Shown here: positions 20,301 to 32,700 of the stretch, piece after piece | Layout of the letters: each line of letters starts with the position of its first letter | How positions within the stretch are numbered: the stretch's first letter is position 1 | IMG/VR virus record: IMGVR_UViG_3300044701_003160 | Coordinates: 155,019 to 219,018 of that record | Strand: one strand, 5' to 3' | Length of the DNA: 64,000 bases | Position numbers and translations under genes: made by a program | The notes under the pieces: generated by a model | Database searches by the model: none | Told to the model about the DNA's origin: nothing | What the model saw: only the letters and a program-made list of their open reading frames with translations

Positions 20301-23300
20301 AGGTCATATTTGGTGCTATCATTCCAAAAAATTGAGTTTCAGTAATACGTCCAAGAGATCTTGTATCTACATTTAAGAATGTAGAAGATTCTGTATAGGT
20401 TTCTGATATTAGTTGTTGTGTATATGGATTAAACTTAAAAACATCTAAAACTGGTTTCAGATTAGGATTTATTGGTAATACTTGACCAGTTGTAAAATCT
20501 ACGATTGGAATTGGATTCACTACAAATCCTGGGTTTGAACCATCTGAAGGTCCAGATTTGTGGTTTGGTTTGCACAATTTAAATGTTATTCTTTGTGCAG
20601 TAAAATGTGGATCAGTTTGTACGGTTTCGCCAATTTCAAACTTACCAGAAATCATTTCAATTTCTAATAGTTTTGGAATTATATAATTAGACATATCAAT
20701 ACCTTCAAAGAAAGGATAAAAACGAGTTAATGGTCTTAATCCTTTCGAATCAAATTCAATATTTCTACTTCTTAAATATTTTATTTCCTCATCATAATGA
20801 GAAATGCTAGAAGTTTTTGTGTCGGAAGTTATAATTTGGGGTGGAACTACAATAGTTTTAATATTTGTAGTTGATGCTGTAGTAGTAGTAGTATTTGATC
20901 CTGTGATATTAGTTTCAGTACTAGTTCCACCAATATTAAACCTAAGAAGTGCTTCATAGTTGCCATTATTAGTTTCAATTGCAGTTATATATTGGTTTGC
21001 AACATCAGGTGGAACAAGTTGCCTAATTAAATCTTTATCTGCTTGATTTACTCTAGATTTTACTAAATTAAAGTAAATAAAATTGTTTCCAATTACAGTT
21101 CCATCTCCAGATGCACTACTTCCAAATTTAACGACATCTCTTCCTGCTATATCTTTAATATCTTTTAAAATAACTCTTGCATTAGCAATCCAATCAAATC
21201 CAGGAATTCCAGTCTGAATTACTGTTGGTTGGTTGTAAACACTTTTATTTTTAGTAACATTATTTACTACTGTGAAATTTTGGTCTTCTCTCTTTACGTT
21301 ATTTTTAATTTCATTATAACTTGTAGTTTGTACTTTTTTTTCTTCCAACCAGGTATCAATTGGTGGGTTTAATTCTACAATTCCCTGCCAATATCTTACC
21401 AAAAATGGAGTTATACTTTCAGTTTTAGTTGCATAAGGTTGTTCAAAATATTGTCTTTCCACATAATCTAATGTAATCAAATCTCCAGTTTTTCTGATAT
21501 TTGGTGATCCCAAATCAGTAACATAACTTTGATCATCATTTGGGCTAAACGTTTCACCAATTCCTCTGATTATTTCAGACCCTAATTGCAAATCTATTGA
21601 TGTTGTGTAATGCGTTGGTCTTAATGTATTAGTACTAGTGTCAATAGAGGATTTGAATATTGGATTTGATAATTGATGATATTCGTGACTGCTAAAGTTA
21701 TCGACAAAAAATCCACACTTAAATCTATCTAAACCTGTTTCTGCGTCCTTTATATTGAAATTTTCAGTTTTACTTTCTAACATTGAAAGTGTAGTAAATT
21801 TTTCAACTCTTTCAATCCTGTCTTCAAGTAAAGAAATGTCGGACATTCGATATCTCTTATGTTTAGACATATCTACAGAAACATTTTTTACATCATAAAC
21901 ATATGGTGGAATAAGGATAGTTGCAATATCTAAAGAATTTGCTTTGAGTGCTGGCGGAAATGGAGATTCTGAAGGATTTCCTTGGACAACTTCAAAAGTA
22001 CCATCATTATTTACAAAAACTCTGTCAATTCTACCAACATAGTATGAATATGATAGAATTAAATTTTCTCCTGGACATAGAGTATATTCTGAGTATTGAC
22101 CATCAGAAGCAAAATTTCTTGCAGAAAATTCAAATGGAGACAGTGAGGAAGGTGTATAAGAGGCAACTCTAGGTCTTATATCAATATAATCAGTTAGTCT
22201 TGAATTTTCGTATAAACTTACATCATGTTTAAAATTAGCAGGATTATAACTATTTGCCGTAATAAATTCTCCAGTGTCTGAAGAATCGATTGTATAATTT
22301 TGAAATATAATCTTTATCTTTCTAGATGGTGGTTGAATATCGCCCTTTCTTATTATTCTAGAATAATCATAAAAAGTATCTCTTTGTCCATTATCAAATA
22401 TAAAGTTTTGCGTGATATTGCTATCACCTAGTGTTTTTTCTGAAATGATTGCCTCTTCTGTTGATTGACTACCAACTACCAATTCTCCAACTGAAAATTG
22501 TGTTGTATTTAGATAAACATAATCCAGATAATTAACACCGATTTTTCCAATTATAATTGCTACAGCACCAGAAGTTTTTCCTTCAATTTGCTCTCCTATC
22601 ACAAAATTTTGATTATTATTTGCATTTCCAGAAATTCTTAATGATGGTACAGAAGGTTCTAAACTATTAGTTGACTCATAAATGGCAAGAACTCTAACTA
22701 CATCCGGAACATTTAAACTTATAATTTTATCTTGAACTCTAGTCCCATAGACATTATTATAAGTAAGTCCATCATTTAGAGTCGTAGTTCCTATTCCGGA
22801 ATTAGTAAGAGATGAGTTTGATACAACTAAAGAAGAAACTTTATTAAACTTTTTAATCTTAGAACTTGGATTTATATTTCTTACAGTAGCTATAACAATT
22901 GCATTTGTACCACTTTCTTTTGATAATCCATAAAAAGTTAATTCTTTTCCGCCATTAGGATCAATATTAAATTGATCTTGTCTTAGTGGTTCTATTGTGC
23001 CATCGGAATAAGTAATTACAAATCTGTCCTCATCAAAAGAATCGAAGAAAATATCTTTATCGCTAGGATCAATATTAATTGTTATTGAATTGTTACTAAA
23101 ACTATTAACATTATATGAACGTCTTTGAATTATTTCATTTCCAATAAAATTGACTTCAGATACATTATTATGATTAAGTCGTGTTAATAGTGAAGAATTT
23201 CTAGATTCCGTTTCTAGTTCAATTTTTATGATATTTGAGACTTCAAAAGATCCAGAAGGTAATATTCCATTGCAAATACCACTAACAGTAGTAATACCTG

Positions 23301-25191
23301 TAATAGTAAATGAAGTTCCAGCCAATCCTACAGATGTTACTTTATTATAAATTGGATCTCCGGTAAAAGTTGTACTGGCGTAAGAAATTATATCTCCAGA
23401 TTTTACTAGATTTATGAAATTGTTTCCTAAACCCGCAGATACAACTCCATTATTAATTCTAAATGTAGTTCCTGGTTTAGAAATATAGGAGGCTCTAGAT
23501 AGAACTACATCAGCATTGAAAGTATTAATTCCTACTTTAGAATAAATGGATTTTATGTCGGATAAAGAATAATCTGTTACTGAGTTAATTAATCTACCAT
23601 TATCAATACCATTGATAATAATATACTCATTTTCTAAGAAGTTGCCAGATGTCTCATATAGTGTTAACTCAGTATCATTTGCAGATATTGACTCTTTAAG
23701 ATAACCTGTAGCTCTACTTTTCCTACCCTCAATAAAACAAGGAGTTGAAAGACCAGAACCACCAAAAGAAGTCGTTAAACCTATTTTTATATATGTTTGA
23801 ATATCAAATAATCTCAAATTAATTCTACTTTTATCATCTAAATATCCAGTTTCCGGAACACAATCATATATTCTTGCAAGACCTATCGTAGATCCTGCAG
23901 CTACTGAAGAAGATTCTTCAATACGAGAATCCATCAAACTTACGGTAGTATTGGTCCCTAGTCCAATCGAAGGAAATCCGTAAATATTATTTACAGTAAA
24001 TGAAGTTCCTGCATTGAAAGGAATAACTTGGTTTGATATGGATTCCGTTGTTCTTGGTTTAGGTACATCTATGAGTGTAGGAGAAATAGTTTCTACATCA
24101 TATCCTCTTACATATGCTTTGCCTGGCCCAATTTGATACACCATCAAATCTTCTTCTGGTGTATTTCCTTGTACTGTTTCTTGTTCTTTAAAATATATTC
24201 CTTCGCTTAAAACTCTATCATTTAAACTATCTCTAACAAATAAACTAAATGGACGAACAAAATAATCTCCCGACTCATCGTAAGTTCTTCTTGCTAATTC
24301 ATCTCTAATTAAACTATATTGAGAATTGGCGTTAAAAAATTGAGGTATTCCATCCCTCACTCTTAAAATTTCTATAAAATTATCTACCTGTGTATCATTT
24401 ATATCTTTTTTAGATAATTCTAGTCTTATTCTAAATCTATCAGCTCCAGGAGCTGCATAATTAGAAAATCCCTGTGCATTGTCAAATAGACTATCATCCT
24501 CGTCTGAAGTTACAATTTCTTCAATAATATCAAAACCAACTCTATATGATGGTTTGATAGAATATTGATCTAAAAGAATTCTTTGCTCATCTACTCTAGC
24601 AAATACTCCTCTTACAAAATAAATTCCCTGTGTGGCTAAAACGCTAGATCCTTCAGAAGTTGCATTTGTTGTTATTGTATTACATACACCTTGCCCAACT
24701 TGAATTGTAAAATTACCATAAGTAAGAGGAGTTTCTAAAGTTAAAGTCTCTCCACTTTGAAAAATTTTGTTTGTAAAATTTTCTCCTCCACTTGTAATAT
24801 ATTTTAAATAAAGAGTGTAATTTCCTCGATCAGAATCTGTGTTTTTTAAAAGATAAATTACCTCTGCTATAACTCCACTTATAGAACCTCTTAATTTCTT
24901 TCCTAAAAGTTCATCAAAGTATAAAGAGATTGGAGATCCATTGAAAGAATCCTCAATTTCTACTGCATATAATGGGTTTTCATATCTCAAATCTCCCGGA
25001 ATTACAACAGATCCTTCTTTAAAAATATGCTTTCCATATTGTTCGACTTGATTTTGGAGAATTGACTGTAAAGTAGTTAATTCTCTTGCTTGAATTGGAT
25101 AACCTGGTTTAAATAAGACTTTATAATAGTCTTTATTAGAATCAAAATCATCAAAATATGGAGAGACGTTGAGGTTAGTTTCCTGTGGCAT
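17314..25191 (-). CDS. Large virion/baseplate-associated protein (cyanophage VrlC-like family)
   Basis: 2625 aa starting MPQETNLNVSPYFDDFD; ELARRTYDESGDY and GFFVDNF motifs; lies between gp8 and gp13 as in cyanomyoviruses. Confidence 0.8.
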   Translation of the reverse strand: MPQETNLNVSPYFDDFDSNKDYYKVLFKPGYPIQARELTTLQSILQNQVEQYGKHIFKEGSVVIPGDLRYENPLYAVEIEDSFNGSPISLYFDELLGKKLRGSISGVIAEVIYLLKNTDSDRGNYTLYLKYITSGGENFTNKIFQSGETLTLETPLTYGNFTIQVGQGVCNTITTNATSEGSSVLATQGIYFVRGVFARVDEQRILLDQYSIKPSYRVGFDIIEEIVTSDEDDSLFDNAQGFSNYAAPGADRFRIRLELSKKDINDTQVDNFIEILRVRDGIPQFFNANSQYSLIRDELARRTYDESGDYFVRPFSLFVRDSLNDRVLSEGIYFKEQETVQGNTPEEDLMVYQIGPGKAYVRGYDVETISPTLIDVPKPRTTESISNQVIPFNAGTSFTVNNIYGFPSIGLGTNTTVSLMDSRIEESSSVAAGSTIGLARIYDCVPETGYLDDKSRINLRLFDIQTYIKIGLTTSFGGSGLSTPCFIEGRKSRATGYLKESISANDTELTLYETSGNFLENEYIIINGIDNGRLINSVTDYSLSDIKSIYSKVGINTFNADVVLSRASYISKPGTTFRINNGVVSAGLGNNFINLVKSGDIISYASTTFTGDPIYNKVTSVGLAGTSFTITGITTVSGICNGILPSGSFEVSNIIKIELETESRNSSLLTRLNHNNVSEVNFIGNEIIQRRSYNVNSFSNNSITINIDPSDKDIFFDSFDEDRFVITYSDGTIEPLRQDQFNIDPNGGKELTFYGLSKESGTNAIVIATVRNINPSSKIKKFNKVSSLVVSNSSLTNSGIGTTTLNDGLTYNNVYGTRVQDKIISLNVPDVVRVLAIYESTNSLEPSVPSLRISGNANNNQNFVIGEQIEGKTSGAVAIIIGKIGVNYLDYVYLNTTQFSVGELVVGSQSTEEAIISEKTLGDSNITQNFIFDNGQRDTFYDYSRIIRKGDIQPPSRKIKIIFQNYTIDSSDTGEFITANSYNPANFKHDVSLYENSRLTDYIDIRPRVASYTPSSLSPFEFSARNFASDGQYSEYTLCPGENLILSYSYYVGRIDRVFVNNDGTFEVVQGNPSESPFPPALKANSLDIATILIPPYVYDVKNVSVDMSKHKRYRMSDISLLEDRIERVEKFTTLSMLESKTENFNIKDAETGLDRFKCGFFVDNFSSHEYHQLSNPIFKSSIDTSTNTLRPTHYTTSIDLQLGSEIIRGIGETFSPNDDQSYVTDLGSPNIRKTGDLITLDYVERQYFEQPYATKTESITPFLVRYWQGIVELNPPIDTWLEEKKVQTTSYNEIKNNVKREDQNFTVVNNVTKNKSVYNQPTVIQTGIPGFDWIANARVILKDIKDIAGRDVVKFGSSASGDGTVIGNNFIYFNLVKSRVNQADKDLIRQLVPPDVANQYITAIETNNGNYEALLRFNIGGTSTETNITGSNTTTTTASTTNIKTIVVPPQIITSDTKTSSISHYDEEIKYLRSRNIEFDSKGLRPLTRFYPFFEGIDMSNYIIPKLLEIEMISGKFEIGETVQTDPHFTAQRITFKLCKPNHKSGPSDGSNPGFVVNPIPIVDFTTGQVLPINPNLKPVLDVFKFNPYTQQLISETYTESSTFLNVDTRSLGRITETQFFGMIAPNMTLIGKKSGAVAKITNIRLISDNSGRLLGSIYIPNPNIPSNPKWINGQNTFTLIDTSTLQNAGNIYKEFISNTRVNESSAEAEFASRGTYKVEQTNILTTRTITILSSYNVTTKTTTNTTTNTTTFDSTQTVTAKPNQVAVWEYKDPLAQSFFVTESTGIFLTSVEIFFQTKDDSLPVSLQIRPLIAGVPSNVVVPFSEVTLTPDQVNVSNDGTVATKFIFSSPVYLPGPQQLEVRQSPIGSQQTSQFAVVLFSGSPQYRVFIAELGKKSLLPGDSPDNGTGVIVSVQPTLGSLFKSQNSSTWSPAQLEDLKYRLYRADFIANEGAVRYFNPKLDLGNEKLTVTGENQVLPLSKKIIVGLGSTGYDTTNVVPGVTLVQGSATGKLIGIAGSITSGVGLGISIANPGFGYTAGTFTNISLETETGTGIGAKATIGVTTVTTSTGNVIGIATVTITDGGFGYQVGDSLLIPETGMGQNVGFGGKLTVENIASRNAFIIDNVQGEFNVGLTTISYRTGAGTTIVTGAGVTINTITPDPYYDGLHMKILHMNHGMHSTENLLRISSFRPLQSEVNSSTTSSITSGQTTIPLESSLGFEIFEGIEVNAINPGYAIIGEEVISYTGISGNSLIDVTRGIDGTKSQPYGIGVAGISVPVYKYEFNGVSLRRINKVHNFADVTGLHPIELNSYFIKIDMSDNAGIGSDRTNDLYFKETIQTGNSGTILTNNIQFEAITPNVAYIIPAKTNISCKIRTFTGTSINGNEKSFVDDGFTTISLNDTYYFDTPRIICSDVNEERYITESPGNKSFSMEFLLTTEDSRISPVIDDIQVNAILTSNLINSPYGVNENSNYANDDTIRSLYDDKHATIYLSKPVRLKIPANSIKVLLSANRNETNDIRVLYQLFRDDSPKLSQNFELFPGYSNYQIDGQGIKRVIDPSLNDGSSDSFVQISSDTGFLDYEYSVDDLPDFNAFAIKIVMAGTNQATPPTISQLRAIATIRPRV

Positions 25192-25197
25192 AATTCT

Positions 25198-26754
25198 TTA
25201 AAATTGCAAAATAACTTTAATATCTTCTTTTTGGTTTGATGATCTAGTAATAGAGGATCTATTGTCAACATAGGTAATATTTCCAGAATATTTTTTTACT
25301 TCTGGATTTGCTAAACCATTAATAAAAGATTGTCCAAGATTATATGTCCTACTATTTAGTGTAGTAGAGATACCTGTAAAATTAGTATCTATTCCTAAAG
25401 TAATACTGCCACCAATAATATCAATGGATCCTCCACTTGTTGGTGAGGATGTAAACCTATTTAAATTAATTCCATATGTTGGTGATGAATTTTGCGATCC
25501 ATCAGTATTAAATCCAGCAAGACTCTTATCTTGCCAGTATTTTAAAACACCAGTATTTTGATCGTATGAAACGACTCTACCGACCGATGTAGTTCCTGTA
25601 CTGATTGTCTGTGTGATTCTGGAGTTTGCGATAAATGTTGCACTACTATATCCAACTCCAGTCAATTTTAATGCATAAACGGCACTCGCCTTATCTAGAT
25701 CTAATAATGAACTTGAGTCATACGCTTGAGGATTTTCTATAATCCCAACTCTAGCAATTTTATTTCCAGTAATAAAATCTGGATTTTCAATATCATTTTC
25801 TATTCTTGAAAAAATAAGAACGTTATATGCTCCCAGTTCTCTATAGACATCTGCCCCGTGGCCACCTTTTGGTGGAATGATGACATTAAATGTTGGCGCT
25901 TCTATGCCAGTAGGAACATTACCTCCGACCAAATCGACTGTTCCATAAGTATATCCAGAACCACCGATAGAAACTGTAATAGATTCAACTTTAGAATCAT
26001 TATTAACAATTATTGTTGCCTTTGCCCCAGTACCATCACCTTTAATTGGTACATTTGTATAAGTTCTGTTTGCCGTCCCTAACCCAACTCCGCGATTTGT
26101 AATCGTAATAATTTTAAGTTGATTATTTGGTGCAACTGCATTATTTCTAATTGAAGCAAAATCAGATGAGGTATCCCAATTTCTTGGAACAGGTATGAAA
26201 TTAACAGTGTCAAATTTTATAATTTCGCTTGGTTTAATAGTGTAAAGGTATTTCCAAATATATCCATCTCCACTATCTCCTGCTGCCTTTGGTTCAAGAT
26301 CTGTAAAAGTTGGTTCATCTAATGAAGGCCTTCCACTTGGATTTTCTGGATCCGTTCCATTTTGAAGGCAAATATAGACTCTAAAATCACTATTAATTAC
26401 AAAATAGTTTGATGAATATAAACTTGTTGCTCCTGATGGTTTTGATGTATTTGTTCTACTAATATCGTGCCGATACATATCATAAGTTGTTCCAGAAGAC
26501 CAAGTATTTTTTTTAACAACTTGGTTTACATCACTTGCTTTGATTTTTTTCAGAGCAATCATAGTATCCCAATAATCATTCTCTTGTTCAAAACTGTCTT
26601 TGGGTGAAGGTGGATTATTATCCCAACTTGTAGCATAATCTGTTGCATTTGGTAACCCAACAAAAGAATAATAAGAATTACTAGAAGAAGTTGCTGTCGA
26701 AACAAAATTCTTCGCGTTTAAAATTCTTAATTGATCAGTTATAATTGCAGACAT
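25198..26754 (-). CDS. gp8: Baseplate wedge subunit
   Basis: AIITDQLRILNA, YVINSDFRVY.C, GDGYIWKYLYTI, YVDNR..ITRSSNQKEDIKVILQF. Confidence 0.92.
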   Translation of the reverse strand: MSAIITDQLRILNAKNFVSTATSSSNSYYSFVGLPNATDYATSWDNNPPSPKDSFEQENDYWDTMIALKKIKASDVNQVVKKNTWSSGTTYDMYRHDISRTNTSKPSGATSLYSSNYFVINSDFRVYICLQNGTDPENPSGRPSLDEPTFTDLEPKAAGDSGDGYIWKYLYTIKPSEIIKFDTVNFIPVPRNWDTSSDFASIRNNAVAPNNQLKIITITNRGVGLGTANRTYTNVPIKGDGTGAKATIIVNNDSKVESITVSIGGSGYTYGTVDLVGGNVPTGIEAPTFNVIIPPKGGHGADVYRELGAYNVLIFSRIENDIENPDFITGNKIARVGIIENPQAYDSSSLLDLDKASAVYALKLTGVGYSSATFIANSRITQTISTGTTSVGRVVSYDQNTGVLKYWQDKSLAGFNTDGSQNSSPTYGINLNRFTSSPTSGGSIDIIGGSITLGIDTNFTGISTTLNSRTYNLGQSFINGLANPEVKKYSGNITYVDNRSSITRSSNQKEDIKVILQF

Positions 26755-26773
26755 TTTAGCGTTTTTTATCTAT

Positions 26774-29700
26774 TTATGTATTATAATTTGAGTATTTTAG
26801 TCTGTTAAATCTTTGTATTGTAGGAGATGATGAAATTCCACCAATATTTGCATATGTTGTAAATTGGTGTGGATCCTTACGTGTTGGAACAGAAATTCTT
26901 CCCCAACTATATTCACCATAAAAACCACTAAATCCTAAACCACTTAATCCATTATAACCAGAAACACTTACAGTTACTTGTGCAACATATGTAATTCCAA
27001 CTCCAGCAACTGCAGTCTGTGCAATTGAAACTGCAGAAACTTGATAGATATTATCAATGAAAGTAGTACCTACTCCAACGACTGCACCTGAAGAATTTTG
27101 AGATGTAAGTCCATTACCAACATTTGATTTATTAACAACAAAATAATATCCAGTTTGAATTCCACTAATACCAGTTGTTGCAATTCCAACTTTTACAGTT
27201 TTTCCGTCTCTCAAAGGAGAATTTTGTGGAATATAGAAATCGAATACTATGCCAGTAGATGCAACACCAACAGAAGTTGTTTTGATTCCAGTAATAACAC
27301 CAAAGTCTCCGCTATAAGAAATATTATCTATAACCTCATAGTTTGGTTGAGGTGGCTCAATTAAAACTACAGGTGGATTTGAAGTTGTATAACCAGTTCC
27401 AGCATTTGATATTGAAATAGAAGAAACAGTTCCGCCAACTGAGATTGTAGATAATGCTAGTGCCGTCACACCTAAACCAATTTTAAGTTGAATATTCTCA
27501 TAAGATTCTGTATTTAAAGTTGTTGTTGAAATTCCAATAGTACCAGTTCCAATAAAGGTTACCGTTGTCCCGACAGAAACTATATTACTGGGCTCAAATA
27601 TTTCGTATCCAACAACGATATTTGAAGTATTGATTCCAGTAATTAAATTGGTATTAATGCCAATATTCCCAATAGTTGAAATAATATAATCAATTGGTTT
27701 TTGTATTGAAACAATTGGCGACGTTGTATAACCCACTCCACCATCAGAAATTATAATTGAGGAAATAGTTCCAGAAGTTGAAACAACAACTGTCGCGGCC
27801 GCTGCAATCAAATTATCTTGAGACACGATTGAAATTTTATTCTGTGGTTTTTCTGTTATTCCATTGTGAGTATATTCTTTTTCACTATCAAAAAATGTTT
27901 TAACGCTCTCTACAAAAATTGCAGTTGATGCAATCCCCACATTTTGAATAATATTTGAAACTGGTTGGATATATGGTTCATAAATTACTCTATCTTTTCC
28001 AACAGATTGTCCATTTACAACTAGATCTTCAGTCTGTTTGCACCAAGTTAATGGTCTTAATAGATCTTCCTCTTGTGATATTCCTGGACCAGAATAAAGA
28101 TTTGTATTAATAACATCAGTAGAAACAATATCTGTTACTAATCGATCATCTTGTTTTAATAGAATATTATCACTATTAAGATCGACTGTATCTCCAACCT
28201 TAATAGTTTCCAAAATATCAACTGTTAAAGTATCCACGTCACCAGTTCCTCTGTAGAAAAGTATTTTTGATTTATCACCTGCTTTTGGTGCTTCTGTAAA
28301 TCTTATTATACTTCCGCCTGCGAAAATGTATCCCCTACCAGGAACTTGTAAGACATCATTTATAAAGACTAATAAAGTTGCTTGCACATCAATATTAGAT
28401 CCTTTTTTAGACCTAATTGTAGTTTGATTGCCATCAATAAGAATTGGGAATCTAGTTCTTTGGCCATCAAATAAAGAATCTAGAGGATCAATAACTTGAA
28501 GAGATCCTATCGACCAAGCACTAAATTGATCAGATTGAATTTGATCAATAATAATTTGAAATTCTGAAAAACTTACTGAAGAATTTGTTTGAATTCCAGA
28601 TGTTCCTCCAATAGAGACTGTTAAAATTTCTTGAGGTTTATATCCATATCCAAGATTTTTTATCTCAAATGAAATTACGCTAGATCCTTGACCAACGACA
28701 ATATCTACATAAGCACCAGTTCCAAGTCCTGATGATGATTGTGAACTATAAACTAATGGGAGGTTTGAATAAGATAATGGATAATCAAATACAACAATTG
28801 GTGGATTTGATGTAGTATATCCAATTCCTGGATTTGTAATTGCAATACTTACAATACTTCCATTACTCACTGCGGCAGTACCAATAAATTCAATGTTAGA
28901 ATTTACTAAATCTTCTGTTTTAATTCCAACATTAATAATATTTTGAATTCCAGACCTATATCCAGAACCACTATTGCCTATACTAATAGATTGAATTGTA
29001 CCCGCAGAAGATACGATAGCGGTTCCTCCTGCAGCAACAAGAGGTTGATATCCAAATCCTTGAGTAGATCCAACCGAAAGAATAACACCTCCTCTAGGAA
29101 CACTTGCAGCATTTACATCATACTTTGTGAACTGTGAAGATCCGGTAAATGTAATACTGGTTATTCCTGCATTTTCTACTAAATCATAATCCCCTGCAGT
29201 AAAACCAGATGAAACTGGGCCTTGGAAAATACTATTAATCAATACAATTGCATTATCAGTAGATATTCCAGTTACATTTGTTCCATTTGACTTCAATGTA
29301 AATGATTTTTGCGATCCATTAAAGTTGTTAGAAATATCATCAAAAATATAATTATTGGAATAAGATTCATTAGTAGTATCAGAAACTCCAGATCTTAAAA
29401 ATACTCTTCCACTAAAGGAAGATCCAGTAGCAATTCCAACATAATCCGTTTCATCTGGTCTATTTGATGGGTTTGTAAAAGGAACTTTTCCAAAAGGCGC
29501 GGCCGAAAAATAAAGTATATTATCGACAATATTATAATTTCCTAAAATTTTAGTAACCAAATTAGATAAAGTATGCGATGATATTTTTGTTCCTAACCAA
29601 GGTCTAATAACTGATATTGAATTTGTACTTCCGACACCTACAGCAGAAACTTTCATAATTTCACTATTAATCTTAATTAAATCTCCACTATAAATTGAAC

Positions 29701-32700
29701 TTATACCAGAAACGTAAACTTCAGAGTCAAAAATTGTAATATTTTTTGATAATGTAGTTGTAACTGCTGTAGATGTAACCGGAGATTGAATTAAGTTATC
29801 AATTCCTATAATAACCTTTTTATTTTGGTTTTTAGAGGTGAATATATGTGAATTTCCTATTCCAATCGAAGTTAGATCTAAAACATTTGGGATAGTCTTA
29901 AGTGCATCAGTAGCAGAAGATGCAACTTTAATATCAAGATCATTAATTTTCACCACATATAGTGATGAAGGTAGTTTATCTGTTGTTCCAATTCCCGGAA
30001 TAGAAGTTGTTGCTATACCTATAGATTGAGTTGTACCTTCTCCAGGAGAAGAGTATACAATTTCTTCTCCAGTAACATAATAATTATTTTGAATTGTAAT
30101 TATATTTTGATCTATTTTTACTACATTTGGGTTACTTGCATCAAAATATCTTTGGAAAATTGGTAAGTTTTTATGTGTAAGATTAAATTCTTTTTTAATG
30201 TCATTATCTGTACCAGTATAACTACCGTAATCATAATTAAGATAACCATTTGTTAGAGATATTTCCGCAGAATCAGGACTTAATCCAAGATCAACTTTAA
30301 ATACTTTGACGTTTGTGTCTATATTTTCGATAGGTGTAAAGTAAATATTTGTAGTTGAACCTAAAATTCCTGCAGTTATAATACCAAGAGAAGAATTGGT
30401 TTGTATTATTCCAAACTCTGTAGTATAGCAAGTAGAATCACTTGAAACCGTTAAAAATTCACAGACTTGATATTCTAGATTAGTTTTGTCCTCAATACTA
30501 ATAATTGAATATGAACAATCATAATCTACATTTGAATATGATGCAATTATATTTGAAGTTGGCGATCCTGATGATGCAATATCAATTGATGAAGAACTTA
30601 AGGAACTACCTTCAATTATTTCAGTACCAATTCCGGAGGCAATTGTATTTCCTAAAGAAACATTAAATGTGTTAACAACATAATCGACAGTTGTGGATTC
30701 ATTTGGTATTAAATCAATCAAAACATTTGAACCTGAAACATAAGCATTATAAGTTCCAATTCCGGATGATGATATTTGAGTGGGAACGTCTGTAGAAAGT
30801 TGCCCATAATCTAGAAAATACACATCCGTTCCATTATGAATATAAGTAATCTCATCATATTCAAAATAAGAAGAGTCAGTTGCTCCTATTTGCACAAGAA
30901 CTTTCGCAGATCTATAAGTAGATGCTATTCCTACAATATTTGTTGCAGAAGAAGTTGCTGTGGGAATGTTTGTGGTATTGGTATTGAGATTAACGGAGTC
31001 TCCTAAACTTAGAGATCCAATTCCACTACTGATATTATTTAATGAAAATGAAAATAGTTGTACATGGTAATTATTACTTTTTGATTTTATTGGATAATAT
31101 AATAAATTTCCCTCTGTTCCAAAAACATTAAAATCAAAAAATCCAAGATTATCGGAAGCACTTATATTTCCATATTGATTTAAAAATCCAACAGAATCAT
31201 TATGAACTAACGATACCAAACTTAGTTCACATTTTCTGTAATCTCCTTTATCTCTAACAAATGTAATATATTTTTTAGATCTAAAATCTTCTAAGATAAA
31301 GGAATCAACTATACTAAACACAGTTGGTCTTGGATTACTGTTAAATTGAGTTGAGATGTCATCTATCATCAATACTCTATTTCCAACAGATTCAATATAG
31401 TCCTGAATAATAGAAGAATTGAATCTTATCTCATTTGATTTTATTTCTCCATCTATATTAATATTGTTTTCGGATGCAAGATCAAAGTCATAAACACAAT
31501 TTAAACTCACAAATGAAGATAAGTCAGAAATTCCTGTAAAATCTCCTCCATTTTGATCAGTAGTAATTCCAGTATTTGATTGTTTAGATTCAATAAGCAA
31601 ATTACCAAATTTTTTAAATCCAACAGTATGATTTAAAGCACTTACAGGGCCATCCCAAACATTTAAATCTTTTGATGTTTTTAATGCATATGAAAAATAC
31701 TGGTAATAATCACTATCATGAACTCTCTGAAAATTATTATTTAAAAATCCAGTTTCACGATTCCAACCTTTTCTAATTTGAGAGTAAGAATCAATCTCAT
31801 AATCAGATTCAAATTTAATTATTTCTTCAATTATTCCAACTGATCCTGAAGTTTTTCCTCTAATTGTTTGATTTATTTCAAAATCATTTATAGAAGAAAC
31901 TTTAAGATATCGATTATCAGAGTCCCAATTTTCTACAATACCATTTGCAGAGGAAGAGTAGACCGTTTCTCCTTCATAAAAAATATTTTTCTTGAGAACA
32001 GGATTGAAAATTGGAAAATCAGATTCTGGAATTATTTTACCGGAAGAATTTGAACTATTAAATGTTCCAGGAATTTCGTTGACATTTAAATTGGAAAGAA
32101 GGCTATAAGTAACAATTCCATTTACTCCTCCTATATTTGGATCAACTGCAGTTATTGTAAATAAAGAGTAGTCATAATTTGAAGAATTATATCCCCTTCC
32201 TGTAGATGCAACACCTACACTTATACCTTCAACTAAAACTTTACTACCAATTTCAAAAGGAAAATCTTCAGGATCACTAAAACTTGCACCTAATGTTACT
32301 GTTACGTCTTTTGATGAATTATTAAATGATATGTTTTTAATTTTAATTCCATTTGAGTTATTTGTTGGAATAATTTTTGGAGTGACGTTACTAAGTTCTG
32401 TTGTATTTTTTTGAATTGTAACATTCAATTCTCCAAAGGAATACGTCAAATTAACATCGGAAATAACCTTATTTGTTAAACCATCAATCACAACAAGTGT
32501 TGGTGGTGTATTATAATTTCTTCCAAAAGAAGTAATTCCAATATAATCAAATGAGGATAGTGAATTTAAAACTAAAATATCTGGATATTTTGCTGTAGGT
32601 CTAACACTATAATCTGCAGAATATTCGAATCCAATATCTTGTATTTCTGCGGATGTAACTTTTCCAATTGAATTTGTAATGGGAAGAAGAACAGCATTGG